Assembly (NCBI RefSeq): GCF_020745735.1 | Contig: NC_083429.1 | Location: forward strand, 50,325,877-50,389,876 | Reading direction: 5' to 3' | Source: Hemiscyllium ocellatum | Lineage: Eukaryota | DNA: 64,000 nucleotides | Shown here: one piece after another, positions 13,884 through 26,875 of the stretch | How positions within the stretch are numbered: the first letter of the stretch is position 1 | Layout of the letters: the number at the start of each line of letters is the position of its first letter | Made by a program: the position numbers and the translations under genes | Notes under the pieces: model-generated | Told to the model about the DNA's origin: nothing | Database searches by the model: none | Seen by the model: only the letters and a program-made list of their open reading frames with translations

Positions 13884-14013
13884 TTCCTGATGAAAGGCTT
13901 TTGCCTGAAACGTCAATTTTCCTGCTCCTGGGATGCTGCCTGATCTGCTGTGCTTTTCCAGCACCACTCTAATCTTGACTCTAATCTCCAGCATCTGCAG
14001 TACCCACCTCCAC
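13884..14013 (+). mobile_element. Short PLE 3'-end insertion beginning at a hammerhead motif
   Basis: TTCCTGATGAAAGGCTTTTGCCTGAAACGTC followed by the family 3' end (...atctccagcatctgcagtacccacct). Confidence 0.8.
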
Positions 14014-14078
14014 CTAGGTCACTATAGTGGTCATGCTAAGTTTATGTTTATTTCTATTTAAAACTATTTTCCTCAACG

Positions 14079-14490
14079 AAGTTAAAAATCACACAACACC
14101 AGGTTATAGTCCAACAGGTTTTTTTGGAAGCACCAGTTTTCAGAATGCTGCTCCTTCATCAGATAACTAATGGGGCAGGACCATAAGACACAGAATTTAT
14201 ACAAAAGATCACAGTGTCAAGCAATTAAAACAATATATTGAACAATACTGTTGAATATATTGTTTTAATTGCATGAGTTTGATAAATATATCATTTTAAT
14301 TGCATGACACTGTGACCTTTGCTATAAATTCTGTGTCCTATGATCCTACCCCAGTAGTTACTTGATGAAGGAGCAGTGCTCTGAAAGCTAGTGCTTCCAA
14401 ATAAACCTGCTGGACTATAACCTGGTGTTGTGTGATTTTGAACTTTCTTTGCCCCAGTCTAACACCAGCACCTCCGTATCATTCGTTGAT
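14079..14490. mobile_element. Large fold-back element of a second PLE-like family
   Basis: Long imperfect inverted arms (about 14079-14245 vs 14290-14445), an internal perfect 19-bp palindrome pair, hammerhead-like motifs on both strands. Confidence 0.75.
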
Positions 14491-15838
14491 GAAGGTCTCA
14501 GGTTTTAAAATCACATGATGGAAAGTGAAAATTGACGGTACATATGATGATTGTGACAGAAGGATAAGGAATTGAGATATTTGGAAAGAAAGATCTGTAT
14601 TGTAAAATCAGTATATGTTCCACTTTGAACACATTAAATTGTTTTCAACTAAATTGGTGAGCTGTCAGTTACGTTTATTTGTTCATTAAGTTAGTAGTAA
14701 CTAAATTGGGTACTCCAAGTTAATTTTACAGGACCAAGCTCTCAGCTATCATTGTTATCTCTGAGTTAGCATACTGTGGATTTAATTACCACATTGAAAC
14801 CTAAACATATCATCTAAACTGAAACCCCAGGACAGTATTGAGAGAGTTCTACATTGGCTTTTAGACCTGATGTTAAATAGAGATCCAATACACTCTCTCA
14901 GGTGGTTTTAAAAGAATGCATCCCACTTGGAAGATTCGGAATGCTTCCTGGGCTAATACTAATGCCCAACCAACATCATAGACAGTTGACCTGATTGTTA
15001 CTAATGTTTCTGTAACCTTTGGCACACCTCATGCAGCACCATGGGAAGAGATGAACTGCTGTCACGAAATAATCTCTGGACATAACACCCATTGAGAATC
15101 CTGGAATGTGACATCCCTTTTAAATCATAGTTCAGCCTAGTTATACTTCAAAGCACAAAAGTGAAATTAGTTTCCTGAGAGTGACAGGTGCAGCTGCACA
15201 TTGGCACTGACTTTTCCAATCTCACACACAGGCCTGGCAAATCTGACTTCATATAGCGCCAGAACCATCCCTTTTTGACTGGTGCACTCTCAAATATTTC
15301 ATTAACATTCAGTTCACCTCTTCCCGTATTGATCTTGTCTTCATAGGGCACTGCAGTATATGCTCCCACATCACTCTACGCATTATGTGACTGCTTGTGG
15401 GTCATAATGAGAAAATGGACCCTCTGCACGTCAACTAACATTGAATTTCAGCCTGGCTTTGTGACAATGTTATATCAAACTGGAAATACATGAATTTGTA
15501 CAACATTTAGCTAGTGTGTATTTAGTGTGCTGGAATGTTCACGTATTATTGGGCATGTCTTAATTGGCACCAAGTTCTATTCAACTACTACCTCTGCTCT
15601 CGTTGACTTACACTATCTCCCAGTGAAGTAATGTCATGATTTTAAAATTCTCAACCTTGCTTTCAAATTGCTTCATGGCCACACAATCTCTCATATCGGT
15701 CGTCACCTCCCATTCTACAACCTCCAAAATGCTGGAGGTTGTAGAGTGGTAGGCAGTCCTCTAGCTCTGGCCGATTGAGTTTCACTGATTTTAATTGTTC
15801 CAACATTGGCTGCCATTCCTCAGTCCCAAGCTCTAGAC

Positions 15839-17047
15839 CAAAGGGGAGGAACCTTTTCATGTTGGAAGGCCACATTATGTTAGTTGTAACCTAATAAGGC
15901 CGCATCCAAGAAACTTCAATTATATATTCTTCAAAATTCATGATATTTTGTAAAAATCTAAATACTATGTACTAACCAACTAAAAAGATGAAAAAAAATG
16001 TTAATTCTAAAGTTAACTAACCTTTTAATGACTTTGTTGTGACTGCTTTTTGTAGGAAAGCATGTGAATATTTGGTTACAGCAGGGAGGTCTGCAGTTTC
16101 AGCTGATCCTGTAGATGGGTATCCGTCATTTGTGACCTTAAAGGCATCTTGATTTTGGTTACGTAGGAGAATGTAGATTCGCAGCAATAAGTGGTTGGAA
16201 AGCAAGAAAACATTTTTCGTGCATGTTGATGAAGGCATGGGGATTCTATTGCATTTTTCCATATTTCAATCAGATCTTTCTTAGCATCAAATAAGGACTT
16301 TAAAATGTCTTCTTCTGAGAGCTCAATCAATTCCATCCGTAGTTCTTTAGGAGCATTGGAGCCATCAACTAGGTGAGGTTGAAATGCTAATTTGAGTTTG
16401 ATGTCATGACTCTCAAAGTTGTATTCTCCAGTTAATAAGTCTATAACAGCTGCATATTCTTCACATGATTTGCAAGAATCCTCCTGTTCATCAATGACCT
16501 TTGCTAACTGGGGAAAATGGTCATCCAAAATTTCCTTTTGAAGAAGAGTTTTGAAAAAAGATAGCTTTTTTCGAAATGCTTGGATTTTTTGCCACATATC
16601 GTATATAGACCTAGGTTTACCTTGCAAAGAAATATTCAAGTCATTTTGTTTTGACATGTCACACAGAAATGCAGCATTTCTACAGAAATCTTCTTTCACT
16701 AATTCGTACTGATGACTCTGTTCTTCATAAAATTTAATTATCTGTTCTCGCAAAGATAAAATTTGTGGTAACACCTGTCCCTGCAGGTGTCGAAATAGCC
16801 CTTATGACTTACCAACTTTTTAATTGTGGCGGCCAGTCTGTGAGGAGTATTTCATTGAATTTCCTTTTACTCTCTAGTATTTTAAATACATTCATTTTAA
16901 GATTAAAATAAAAATAATAAAGGATGAAAAAACATATTAATCAAAATTAAAAGATTTGTTCTGCAAAATTTGGATTCATTCAAAAGGCCATACAAAATAG
17001 CCGAGAAAGCCGCATGTGGCCTTAAGGTCGTTGGTTCCCCACCCCTG
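15839..17047 (-). mobile_element. Internally deleted hAT/Charlie DNA transposon with transposase C-terminal remnant (ORF 16076-16774)
   Basis: Perfect 8-bp TSD CTCTAGAC at 15831-15838 and 17048-17055 (Charlie-type NTCTAGAN); imperfect 15-bp TIRs CAAAGGGGAGGAACC / CAGGGGTGGGGAACC; ORF has hAT dimerisation-type C-terminus (FPTTYCCESTFS...K...RSQMTD). Confidence 0.92.
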
Positions 17048-17104
17048 CTCTAGACAATCCTCCTACATCTCTCTCCCTACTTTAAGACACTCCCTAATGC
17101 CTAA

Positions 17105-17300
17105 CCTCAGTTAGCTCAGTTGCTAGTTTGCAATGCCAACAGTTCTGTGGGTTCAGAACCTGCAGTGGCTGAGGTTACCATGAAGGACGTCCCTTCTCAA
17201 CTTCTCACCTGAGATAAAGTGATCCTCAGATTAAACTATCACCAGTCATCTCTCTCTAATGACAGAGCGGGACTATGGCGAATTCACCTTTTATTACTTT
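17105..17300 (+). mobile_element. Further SINE-like family (copies at about 7400-7600 +, 10370-10515 -, 31735-31880 +, 37420-37610 -)
   Basis: Recurrent ttagctcagttg...gaggttaccatgaagga...ctcagattaaac..ccagt.atctctctc motif. Confidence 0.65.
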
Positions 17301-17464
17301 GACCAAACCTTTGATCATCTGACCCAATATCTTCTTATGTCGCTTAGTGTTATATTGTGTTTTATGTTGTTTCTACGAAGTGTCACAGAAAGCTTTATTT
17401 TAAACAGAAGTTATTTTTGCTTACTCCTGTATCAGCGTGCCATTAGACAGGTGCATTGAGGTCA

Positions 17465-18090
17465 GATATCACAGAGTTCATGATATTACAGAGGTGGTGA
17501 TATTACAAGGGTGGTGATATTAGAAGGGTGATGATATTACGGGGTGGTGATAATATAAGGGTGGTGACATTACAGAGGTGGTGATACTACAGGGTGATGA
17601 TATTACAGGAGTGATGATATTACAGGGGTGGTGATATTACAGAGGTGGTGATATTATAGAGATGATGACATTACAGAGGTGGTGATATTACAGGGGTGAT
17701 GATATTACAGGGGTGGTAATCTGGGTGCTCCGGTTTCCTCCCACAGTCCAAAGATGTGCGGGTCAGGTGAATTGGCCATGCTAAATTGCCCGTAGTGTTA
17801 GGTAAGGGGTAAATGTAGGGGTATGGGTGGGTTGCGCTTCGGCGGGTCGGTGTGGACTTGTTGGGCCGAAGGGCCTGTTTCCACACTGTAGGTAACTAAT
17901 CTAATCTAATATTACAGGAGTGGCGATATTACAGGGATGGTGATATTATAGAAATGATGACATTACAGATGTGGTGATATTACAGATGTGATAAGATGAC
18001 AGACGTGATGACATTACAGGGGTGATGATATTATAGAGATGGTGACATTACAGAGGTGGTGATGTTACATGGGTGGTGATATTACAGGGG
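17465..18090. repeat. About 17-bp minisatellite (GATATTACAGGGGTGGT)n
   Basis: Roughly 25 degenerate tandem units, split by the HE1 insertion. Confidence 0.92.
17723..17910 (+). mobile_element. 5'-truncated HE1-type SINE inside a minisatellite
   Basis: V-domain 3' part plus tail; flanked on both sides by GATATTACAGGGGTGGT units. Confidence 0.9.
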
Positions 18091-19699
18091 TGGTGTAGTA
18101 TTTTGTCTCTAAGTCTGCTGTGCCACCCAATAAGATTGTGGCTGATCGGGGAAATAGCTGGGATGTCACTGCTAGAGAGAGGAGGACAACTGGCTGTCAC
18201 TGGGAAGGGGAGGCTGGCTGCAAATTGTGGAGGACAGCATGGTGTTGTGACTAGGGGAATTGGTGATGGAGCTGAGAAGGAGGTTGAGGGAAGTGGGGGA
18301 AGGCTGTGACTGAGGTAGGGCATTCTTCTTAGAAAGCATCTCTGCTCCCTAAAGAAAATACAAATGAGCAACTTGTACCCTGAGCTTAGTGCTCTGAGTA
18401 ATGTTGGCCATCACTCTCACTGTGCTGTTTATTTGAAGGGAGGCCCAGTCTGAATGCTGTGCTTTTGTTTCCATCAGGCCACAAGGTAAAGGAGTAGATT
18501 CAACCCATCAAGTCTGCCCTGCTAATTAATCATGGCTGATATGTTTCTCAACCCAATTCCCCTCCCTTCTCCCCATAACCCTTGACTTTATTACTATCTA
18601 TCTCTGTCTTAAATACACTCAATGACCTGTAACCCTCTGCAGCAATGAGTTCCACAGTCTCCCTAAAGAACAAACCAACACTTGAGATGCAAAGCTTGGA
18701 CAGAAGAGGGAGCGTCAAGCAACAATCGCAATAAGTAATTATAAAGCACCTTCAACCTGAAATGCTTCAAGATACTTGACATGAGCATCATTAGATTAAC
18801 TCCAACCCTGCACCAGCCAAGAGTGCAGGAGACCAAACCCGTGGTCAAAAAAGTTAGTTTTAGAAGCATGTTATGGAGTGGCTACAATTGGGAGTGTGCA
18901 AGAAGCCAGGAGAGTAGATATGAGGGTGTGAGGTGAAGAAAGTTAGGAAAGACAGGGAAGGGAGAGGTCAGGGAAGGGATTGGACAATGAGGGTACATCC
19001 ACCTCCATTTTGACATCCCCCTCCGTTGCCAGTTTGATGCCAGGATAACGGTGATGGGGTGGGTGAGGCTTAATGTCCGGGGACTGAAACGGACTCGACT
19101 GTTGTGCCAAGTGCAGGCTGTGGAATTGGACCCCTGTAAGACCCTGGCTTCGTTCAAGCCAGGAGATAAACTGGAAGGTGAGCAGCTTTCCCCTAGCTCC
19201 CTATCCTGTGGGTATATTCCCGGAATCGGGAAGCACAGCTACCGGAACTGTCCATTTGATAGAGTTTTCTATTTTAGGAGCTAGTTCAGGGAGGCATTGA
19301 AGGGTGGAATGTGATCCCATCAAAGTCACAGTGGTCCAAAAACCAATATTCCCAAGATGTCCCGAAACCTATTGATCACTGCAATAACATTCCAAATCAG
19401 TCCGGAGAATTCAAGCCAGTTTCTCTGAACGCCTTCAATCTTGAAGTTAAAGAGCCAGGAGATGAAGTTCAGAAAGTTGTTAAACTTTGATAAATTATTG
19501 TGGGGGTGGGAAAAAAATTACAATGGTCTGGGACTATCTACATTTGCAAAGTTATTGAGGGTAGGGTTTATGTTGTTAATAAATCGCAGTGTCTTTGCAG
19601 CCTGGTGTTTTGCCTGGTCCCTCTTGGCTGATGACGAAAGCAGTTTTGTGACTGCAATGCAGAATTTGCAGTGAACGGAATGATAAGGGGTTTTTCGCT

Positions 19700-20900
19700 G
19701 CTGTCCCGGCTTCAGGAGCAGGTTTACGCAGTCTGTGTGTGTGTGTGTGTGTGTGGAGAGAGGGAGAGAGACCAAGTGGGAGGTTACGTGCATCAAAAGT
19801 ACGCTCGGCACCGACGCAGTTCCTCCCCCCCTCTCTCTCTGTGTGTCTCTCTCTGTGTCTCAGTCCCTGACAAGTGCAGATCCTCTATGACCATCCCCAG
19901 AGTGAGAGCTGCTGGCTCCCCACCCCGTCTCTCTCTCACACACACACACACACTCTGGGGTTTCAAAGCAGCATTCCCCCAGTGTTTCCTGCCCCCTTCC
20001 CTCCACAACATCCCGGGATTCTGAGCCGCAGGTATTGATCGAACTCTCCCAGAATGAGGGCTCAGAAAATGCCCTTGGACTTCGGTGGAGAGGAAGCAGC
20101 AAAAGCCTTCCCGAGTAGACTTTTAACGGCTGTGGTGATCGGTAAGAACAAGGACCTCACGCTAGCATTGCGGTGACTGTCAACTTTTTAAAAAAAGACT
20201 TATTAACCAGTGAGTGGCTTTCATTGAGTCCTCTCCATCCGCAGAGAACAGGTTTCGCATTAATCTTAATACTGCGGGGGTTCTTTCTTTTGCTTGCTGC
20301 TTTTCATTGTCTTTTGTTTTATACAAGTGGTTTCCCCGTTTGTGGCTGATTTCTGGGTTGCGTTCCCTTGTCTAATTATTGTTAGAGAGAGAAAGACGCG
20401 CCGGACTGATTGCTACAGGGAAATAATTGTGTTCCTGTAAGTTTGACTGATATGAAATGCAGATGAATGCTGTGCTGATAAGGACATGATTTGAGAGCTG
20501 GTTTCTGGCTGGGAGCTGTGTATGTATGTTTACTTGGAGTTTGAGTAACTCCCTCCAGGTTCAGAGGCTGTCCTGCACCAACTCCGAAAATAACCCGATG
20601 TCCGCATTTCCCTGATCACACGCTGCTGTTCCGACCCTGCCTCCCCCAGCTCTGTCACCAACAGCGGTCGGGCAAATACCTCTGACATTAAAGGTGTTGT
20701 TTTCGGGTTTCTGGGGCCGTTGGCAGTTTTCAGAGCAAAAGCTGCGATTCAGGCCGAGATTTAAGTTGAACCGATGCTTTCAGCTGCAGCATTGAGACTG
20801 GAATTCTGACCACTGTAATCCCCCTGGCATGCTCACATTGGGTAAAGATAACACATTTATTGCTATTGAGACTTAAATTCCGAAGTTCACATCTCAGTGA
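19700..20900 (+). promoter_or_regulatory. Probable SCN4B promoter / CpG-enriched region around exon 1
   Basis: Visibly higher CpG density than the CpG-depleted flanks, few interspersed repeats, GT/GA/CA microsatellites just upstream of the first ATG. TSS not determinable. Confidence 0.55.
20054..20141 (+). CDS. SCN4B: SCN4B coding exon 1 (signal-peptide N-terminus MRAQKMPLDFGGEEAAKAFPSRLLTAVVI-G; alternative in-frame ATG at 20069)
   Basis: ATG at 20054 and 20069 in one frame, ending at a phase-1 donor G|gtaaga (20142) that matches the phase-1 acceptor of exon 2; lies in a CpG-rich region; hydrophobic LLTAVVIG continues into exon-2 CVLFQANEA as a signal peptide. Confidence 0.75.
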
Positions 20901-20929
20901 CCTGGGTGTCCTTGAGCATGAATTGCAAA

Positions 20930-23000
20930 AAGTTGGTTTGCAGGTGCAGCCGGTTATTAAGAAAACAAATGGAATATTGCTAGAGAGACCCATTTTAAAA
21001 ACAGGGAGGTTATGCTGTATAGTGTGCTGGTGAAGCCACACCTGGATTAATATGTGCAGTTTTGGTATCCTTACTTGCAAAAGGATGTTCTGGCACTGGA
21101 GGGAGTGCAGAGGAGGTTCACCAGGTTGATTCTAGAGTTGAGTAGGTTGCATTATGGCAAGAATACAAAAGGAATTTACAAGGATGTTGTCAGGACTCAA
21201 TGGTCTGAGTTACAGGGAGAGGTTGGGCTAGCTAGCACATTTTTCTTCAGAGCGTAGAAGACTGAGGGCAGAGTCTGATAGAAGTGTATAAGATCGTGAG
21301 AGGCACGGATAGGGTGAATACACTCAGTCTTTTCCCCAGAGTTGAGAAAGCAAGGACTAGAGAGGGCGTTAGTTTGATGTTAGAGGGGAAAGAATAAAAA
21401 GGAACCTGAGGGGCAACGTTTTTACACAGAGGGTGGTATGCATATGGAATGAGCTGCCAGTGGAAGTGGTTGAGGCGCGTACATTAATAACATTTAAAAG
21501 GCATTTGGATGAATACATGGTTGGGAAAGGTTTAGTAGGATATGGGCTAAGCGCTGGGAAATGGGGATGGACATTTTGGTCAACACGGACGAGTTTGGGC
21601 CAAATGGCCTGTCTCCATGCTGTAGGACTCTATGACTCTATGAACAATTGAGTAGACTGGGACTATGTTCATTGGAATTTAGAAGAATGAGGGGTATCTT
21701 GTAGAAACATATAAAATTGTGAAGGGAATAGATAAGATAAAAGCAGGGAGGCTGTTTCCACTGGAGGGTGGAACTAGAACCAGGGGCCATAGCCTAAAAA
21801 TAAGGGGGAGCAGATTTCGGACGGAGCTGGGGAGGAACCTCATCACCCAAAGGGTTGTGAATCTGTGGAATTCCCTGCCCAGTGCAGCAGCTGAGGCTAC
21901 CTCATTGAATGTTTTTAAGGCAAAGATAGGTTTTTGAACAGTAGAGGAATTAAGGGATATGATGAGAAGGTGGGTAAGTGAGCTGAGGGCACAAAAAAGA
22001 TCAGCCATGAGCTTATTGAATGGGGGAGCAGGCTTGAGGGGCCAAACGGCCTACTCTTATGTTCTTACATAATTCTTTACCAGTTTGTATTTACTGTCCA
22101 TGCATCCAGTGCCATTTTGGATATAACTCCATTTCCATCACTATAATGCGGAAGGATGTAAACAATAGTTTTGTTCATCTTTCGCGACAATCGCCTTGGT
22201 ATTGGAAGAGAGTCTCAGGGTTAATGTGCCATCTGGAACAAACTTTCACAATGTCCAGTTTCTGAATGGTCTCACAATGAACCATGAGCAGGATTGAGTT
22301 AAACTATGCGTATGAGCTAGTGGAAAGGGCAGCCAAGTGTTGGATGAACTTCAATGCAGAAAAGTGTGTAGGAAGAATGCAGAGAGACAATGTGAACTAT
22401 TAAAAGGGTTACAGAAGCGGACAGACCTTGATGTATATATGCATAAATTATTGACAGTGGCAGGGGAAATTGGAACATTGGCTGGGCCTCAATTCGAATA
22501 TTGCACCCTATTCTGGGCGCAAAGCTAAGATCTGTGTGGAGGTATGTGAGAGAGTGCAGAATAGATTCACAAGAATGGTTCCAGATATGAGGGACTTCAG
22601 CTTTGTTGGTTTATTAGAGACATTAAGACTTTCCTTTGGAGCAGAGAATGATGAGAGGCTATTTTATAGAGACACAGCGAATCTTGAGAGAGCAAATAGA
22701 GGAAAACTATTCCCATGGTGAAGTGGCCAAAAAACACAGGGCTCAGATTTAAGGTAATTGGAAACAAGTGGAGACTTGAGAACAAATCTTTTGTGCAATT
22801 AATTGTGAGAGAATGGAATGTGTGACCTGAGTGTGCAATGGAGGCAATTTCAGTCGAGGCTTTCAAGGGGACAACAGATTTTTATCTGAAAAGAAGGAAT
22901 GGGTGGAGTTATAGGGAGAAGGTGAGGATTGAATTGCTCCTTTAGAGGGCTAGCACAGATAAAATGGACCTAATGGCCTCTTTCCATTATATAACTATTC
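20930..23000 (+). mobile_element. Cluster of at least 4 CR1-type LINE 3' fragments in SCN4B intron 1
   Basis: Repeated VQFW.P / RRFTR / WN.LP / FK..LD remnants, each ending in gggcc...tggcct tails, all on +. Confidence 0.8.
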
Positions 23001-24119
23001 TGTAAGTCTGAATAAGGTAACTTTTCAGATACCCAAGAGTTGAAAATCTAGATGAAATGAGGGGTATTCAATCTGTGTCCTGTGGTCATGATTGACCTTT
23101 CATTCTGATGGCCAAATTCTTGAAAAGTCATTCTGGTTAATACTTAAAACTGCTTATTTGTTGGTTATGCAATTCCCTTCCTCGCCATAGCTTGTTCATC
23201 TCTGTCCACCTCTCCACTTCTTCAATTCTGACCTTGCACAACCCTCAATTTTTATCACCCCACAATTGGAAGTAGTACCTTTGCAGTGTGGGTGCTATGT
23301 TCAGAAAGCTTCTCCCTAACCTTCTGAAGTTATCTAACCTCTATCAAGATGCATCTTATAATCCAGCTTTTCACGCATCCCCCTCATGGCTCAGTGTCAA
23401 ATTTCAGCTGATTATCCTTATGTGTCAAATCATTTTGTTACATTAAAAAAGCTGTATTAAGTTCTTGTTTATTCTGTTTGAACTTTGTCAGACTTGAGGT
23501 TTGGAGGATGCTGGTGCTGCATTTGGAGAGGAATCTTTAATCAGGACACTATTAGAATCAACAAACAGCAAGAAAAATACAGGGATTTGAACTTGTTATC
23601 CTGAAGTTTAATGAAACTAATGTGAGCACATACTGATAAAATACTTGGACAACACTGCCCTATAGTGGTAGTGCCTGTTGATGTCCATTATCCGTATGGA
23701 GGTAAGGTCAGGGATTTGACCGTGAACCATTTCCCAAACTCTACATAAACATATCCATTGATAGCAGTGAGCTTTTTAGTGATATCACCTATCAGAAGAA
23801 AATTGGACAGAAACTTGGGAAGAGGAAAAATGTTTGCATGGGCTATGGGGAAAAGATAGAATCTAAGAATTTTACAGTCCAGAAGGAGGCCATTTGACCC
23901 ACAGTGTCTGTACTAGCTCTCGAAAGAGCTACCCAGCTAGTCCCACTCTCCAGCCTAACTTTGTAGCCCTCTAAGTTCATCTGTTTCAAACATAAACCCA
24001 GCTTGCTTTTGAAATCTCACATGGAATCACTTCCACCACTCTCTCAGGCAACGCATTCCAAATCCTAACAATTCTCTGAGCAAAGAGATTTCTCCTTATC
24101 TCATTCTTAAGATGTGAGC

Positions 24120-25370
24120 CTAAGAGGTGTAGTTAGTAAGTTTGCAGATGGCACCAAAATTGGAGGGTAGTGGGCAGCGAAGAAGGTTACCTCAGATTAC
24201 AACAGGATCTTGATCAGATGGGCCAATGGGATGAGAAGTGGCAGAAGGAGTTTAATTTAGATAAATGCGAGGTGCTGCATTTTGGGAAAGCAAATCTTAG
24301 CAGGACTGATACACTTAATGGTGAGGTCTGAGGGAGTGTTGCTGAATAAAGAGACCTTGGAGTGCAGGTTCATGGTTCCTTGAAAATGGAGTCACAGGTA
24401 GATAGGATAGTGAAGAAGGCATTTGATATGGTTTCCTTTATTAGTCAGAGTATTGAGTACAGGAGTTGGGAGGTCACATTGCTGCTGTAGAGGGCATTGT
24501 TTAGGCTGCTTTTGTAATAATTGTGCAATTCTGGTCTCCTTCCTATTGGAAGGATTTTGTGAAACTTGAAAGGGTTCAGAAAAGATTTACAAGGATGTTG
24601 CCAGGGTTGGAGGATTTGAGCTATAGGAAGAGGTTGATTAGACAAGTGCTGTTTTCCTGGAGTGTCGGAGACTGAGGGGTGACCTTATAGAGGTCTGTAA
24701 AATCATGAATGGCATGGATAGGATAAATAGACAAAGCCTTTTCCCTGGGGTGGGAGAGTCCAGAACTAGAGGGCATAGGTTTATGATGAGATGGGAAAGA
24801 TATCAAAGAGACCTAAGGGGCAACTTTTTCACGCGGAGGGTGGTACGTGTATGGAATGAACTGCCAGAAGAAGTAGTGGAGGCTAGTACAATTGCAACAT
24901 TTAAAAGGCATCTGGATGGGTATATGAATAGGAAAGGTTTGGAGGGAAATGGGCCAGGTGCTGGCAGATGGGACTAGATTGAGTTGGGATATCTGGTTGG
25001 CATGGATGAGTTGAACCGAAGGGTCTGTTTCTATGCTGTACATCTCTATGACTCTAAGTCTCTTACTGATAATCTTGAAATTGTGGCCCCTAGTTACTGA
25101 CGTACCAACTAATGGAAACAGAATATCATTCTTCATCCTGTCAAAATGATTCATCATCTTGAACACCTCAATATGGTTACCTCTTGATATTCTCTGCTCC
25201 AAGGAGATTAAGCCCAATTTCTCTAATCTTTCCTTGTATCTAAAATCCTTCATTCCTACTATTGGTCTAGTAAATGCCATTTGGACTCTCTCCAGGGCTT
25301 GAAGTCCTTCCTGACATAAGCTGCCCAGAACTGAACACAACACTCCATATGTGGTCTGACCAATGATTAA
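24120..25370. mobile_element. Two CR1/HER1 3' fragments tail-to-tail (+ 24120-25055; - 25056-25370)
   Basis: RT C-terminal remnants in opposite orientations meeting at the ctctatgactcta tail. Confidence 0.85.
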
Positions 25371-26139
25371 AGATAGTGGAGTGGGACCAATGGTGCTGTG
25401 AATGAGCCAACTTATGTATGATGGCCTCTTTGTATGTTGTAGGATTGTATGATACTGAAGTGGGGGTGGGGAGTGGGGGGAGTCATACCCAACAGTTCCT
25501 GTGTGTTGTTGTTTCAGCAGAGGTCACTGAACACTGAACAGAGCTCTGCGCTTTAGATTTTTCTTCGTCCCTGCCTAGTCTAAGGCTAATTTGAGGACTT
25601 AGCTGAGATTAAATAACAGCATAGAGTAGGTCAGCATTGCAGCTGGTATTTTGGAGTCTGAGTGACGTATTCTCAACTGATAATGGTGCATCCATCCAGT
25701 GAGTCGAACCTTGGAAATGTCTCTTTAAGTGTGTTTAATGGAATATTAAAAGGTGGTGAGGCAATGCAGAGAAAATGCCAGCCAGAAAAGCAAGAGACGT
25801 TGCTGTCTGTGGACAGACTCCAATGACTTGAGGAGCTGGTGCAGTTCAAAGGTTTGTTATCATTTTGTTAAGAGTGATTAGGGTTTACAAGACAAAGACT
25901 CCTATAAAATATGCTTCTGAAAAATTTCAGCTGCAAAGAAGGAAAGCTTAACCATCAGGTGCAGCGATGGCTGGATCCCATCCAACTCTGACCTGAAATG
26001 ATGTGCTGGGATTATTGGATTGGAGCGTTAACTGAGCTGTAGGGTATATGGTAGACAAATTTCAGTTGGTGAATATTCTGGAACAAACTTGAATAATAGT
26101 ATTTTCTCATGATTGACAGAAAGAAGATGCATTTATAGT

Positions 26140-26680
26140 CATAGTCATACAACACAGAAATAGACCCTTTGGTCCAATTTATCCACATTGACCAGACATC
26201 TCAAACTGATCCAATCTCATTTACTCATTGGCCCATATCCCTCTAAACCCTTCCCATTCATGTATTCATTCAGATGCCTTTTAAATGTTACAATGTACCA
26301 GTCTCCATTACTTCGTCTGGCAGCTCGCGCCATACTGACACTATCCTTTACATGAAAAGGTTACCTCTTGTGTCCTTTCTAAGTCCTTCCCCTCTCACCT
26401 TAAACCTGTGCCCTCTCACCTTCAACCTGTGCCCTCTAGTACTGTACTCCCCCTACCATGGGAAAAAAGACCTTGGCTATTCACCCTATCTATGCCCCTC
26501 ATGATTTTATAAACATCTACAACGTCACCCCTCAGCCTCCAAAGCCCCAGGGAAAACAGCCCCAGCTTCTTCCTAAAGCTCAAACCCTCCAACCCTGGCA
26601 ACATCCTTTTAAATCTTTTCTGAACCCTTTCAAGTTTCACAACATCCTTCCTATCGAAGGGTGACCAGAATTGCATACAT
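26140..26680 (-). mobile_element. CR1/HER1 3' fragment
   Basis: QFWSP...ERVQKRF remnant plus tail. Confidence 0.85.
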
Positions 26681-26875
26681 ACACAGCACCCTTTGTAAAT
26701 TTAGGGAATTCAAAACAATTTGCAACTAATGAAGTACTTTTTAAGTGGAGTTACTGTCGTAATAGTGAAACTATTTATGCACAAGCAAACTGCCACAAGC
26801 AATAACATGGTACCAACCAGATAGCCCCTATCAGTAATGTTGGTTGGAGTGTAAGTATTGGCCAGAACACTGGGA

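Noticed and set aside
19051-19284. LNVRGLK motif suggesting an L1 endonuclease start
   Set aside because: Only the first motif matches; no downstream QET/YAP/GDFN motifs are visible.
1-19600. SCN2B exons expected upstream of SCN4B by synteny
   Set aside because: No SCN2B-like peptide with splice sites was found by eye; it probably lies outside the window.
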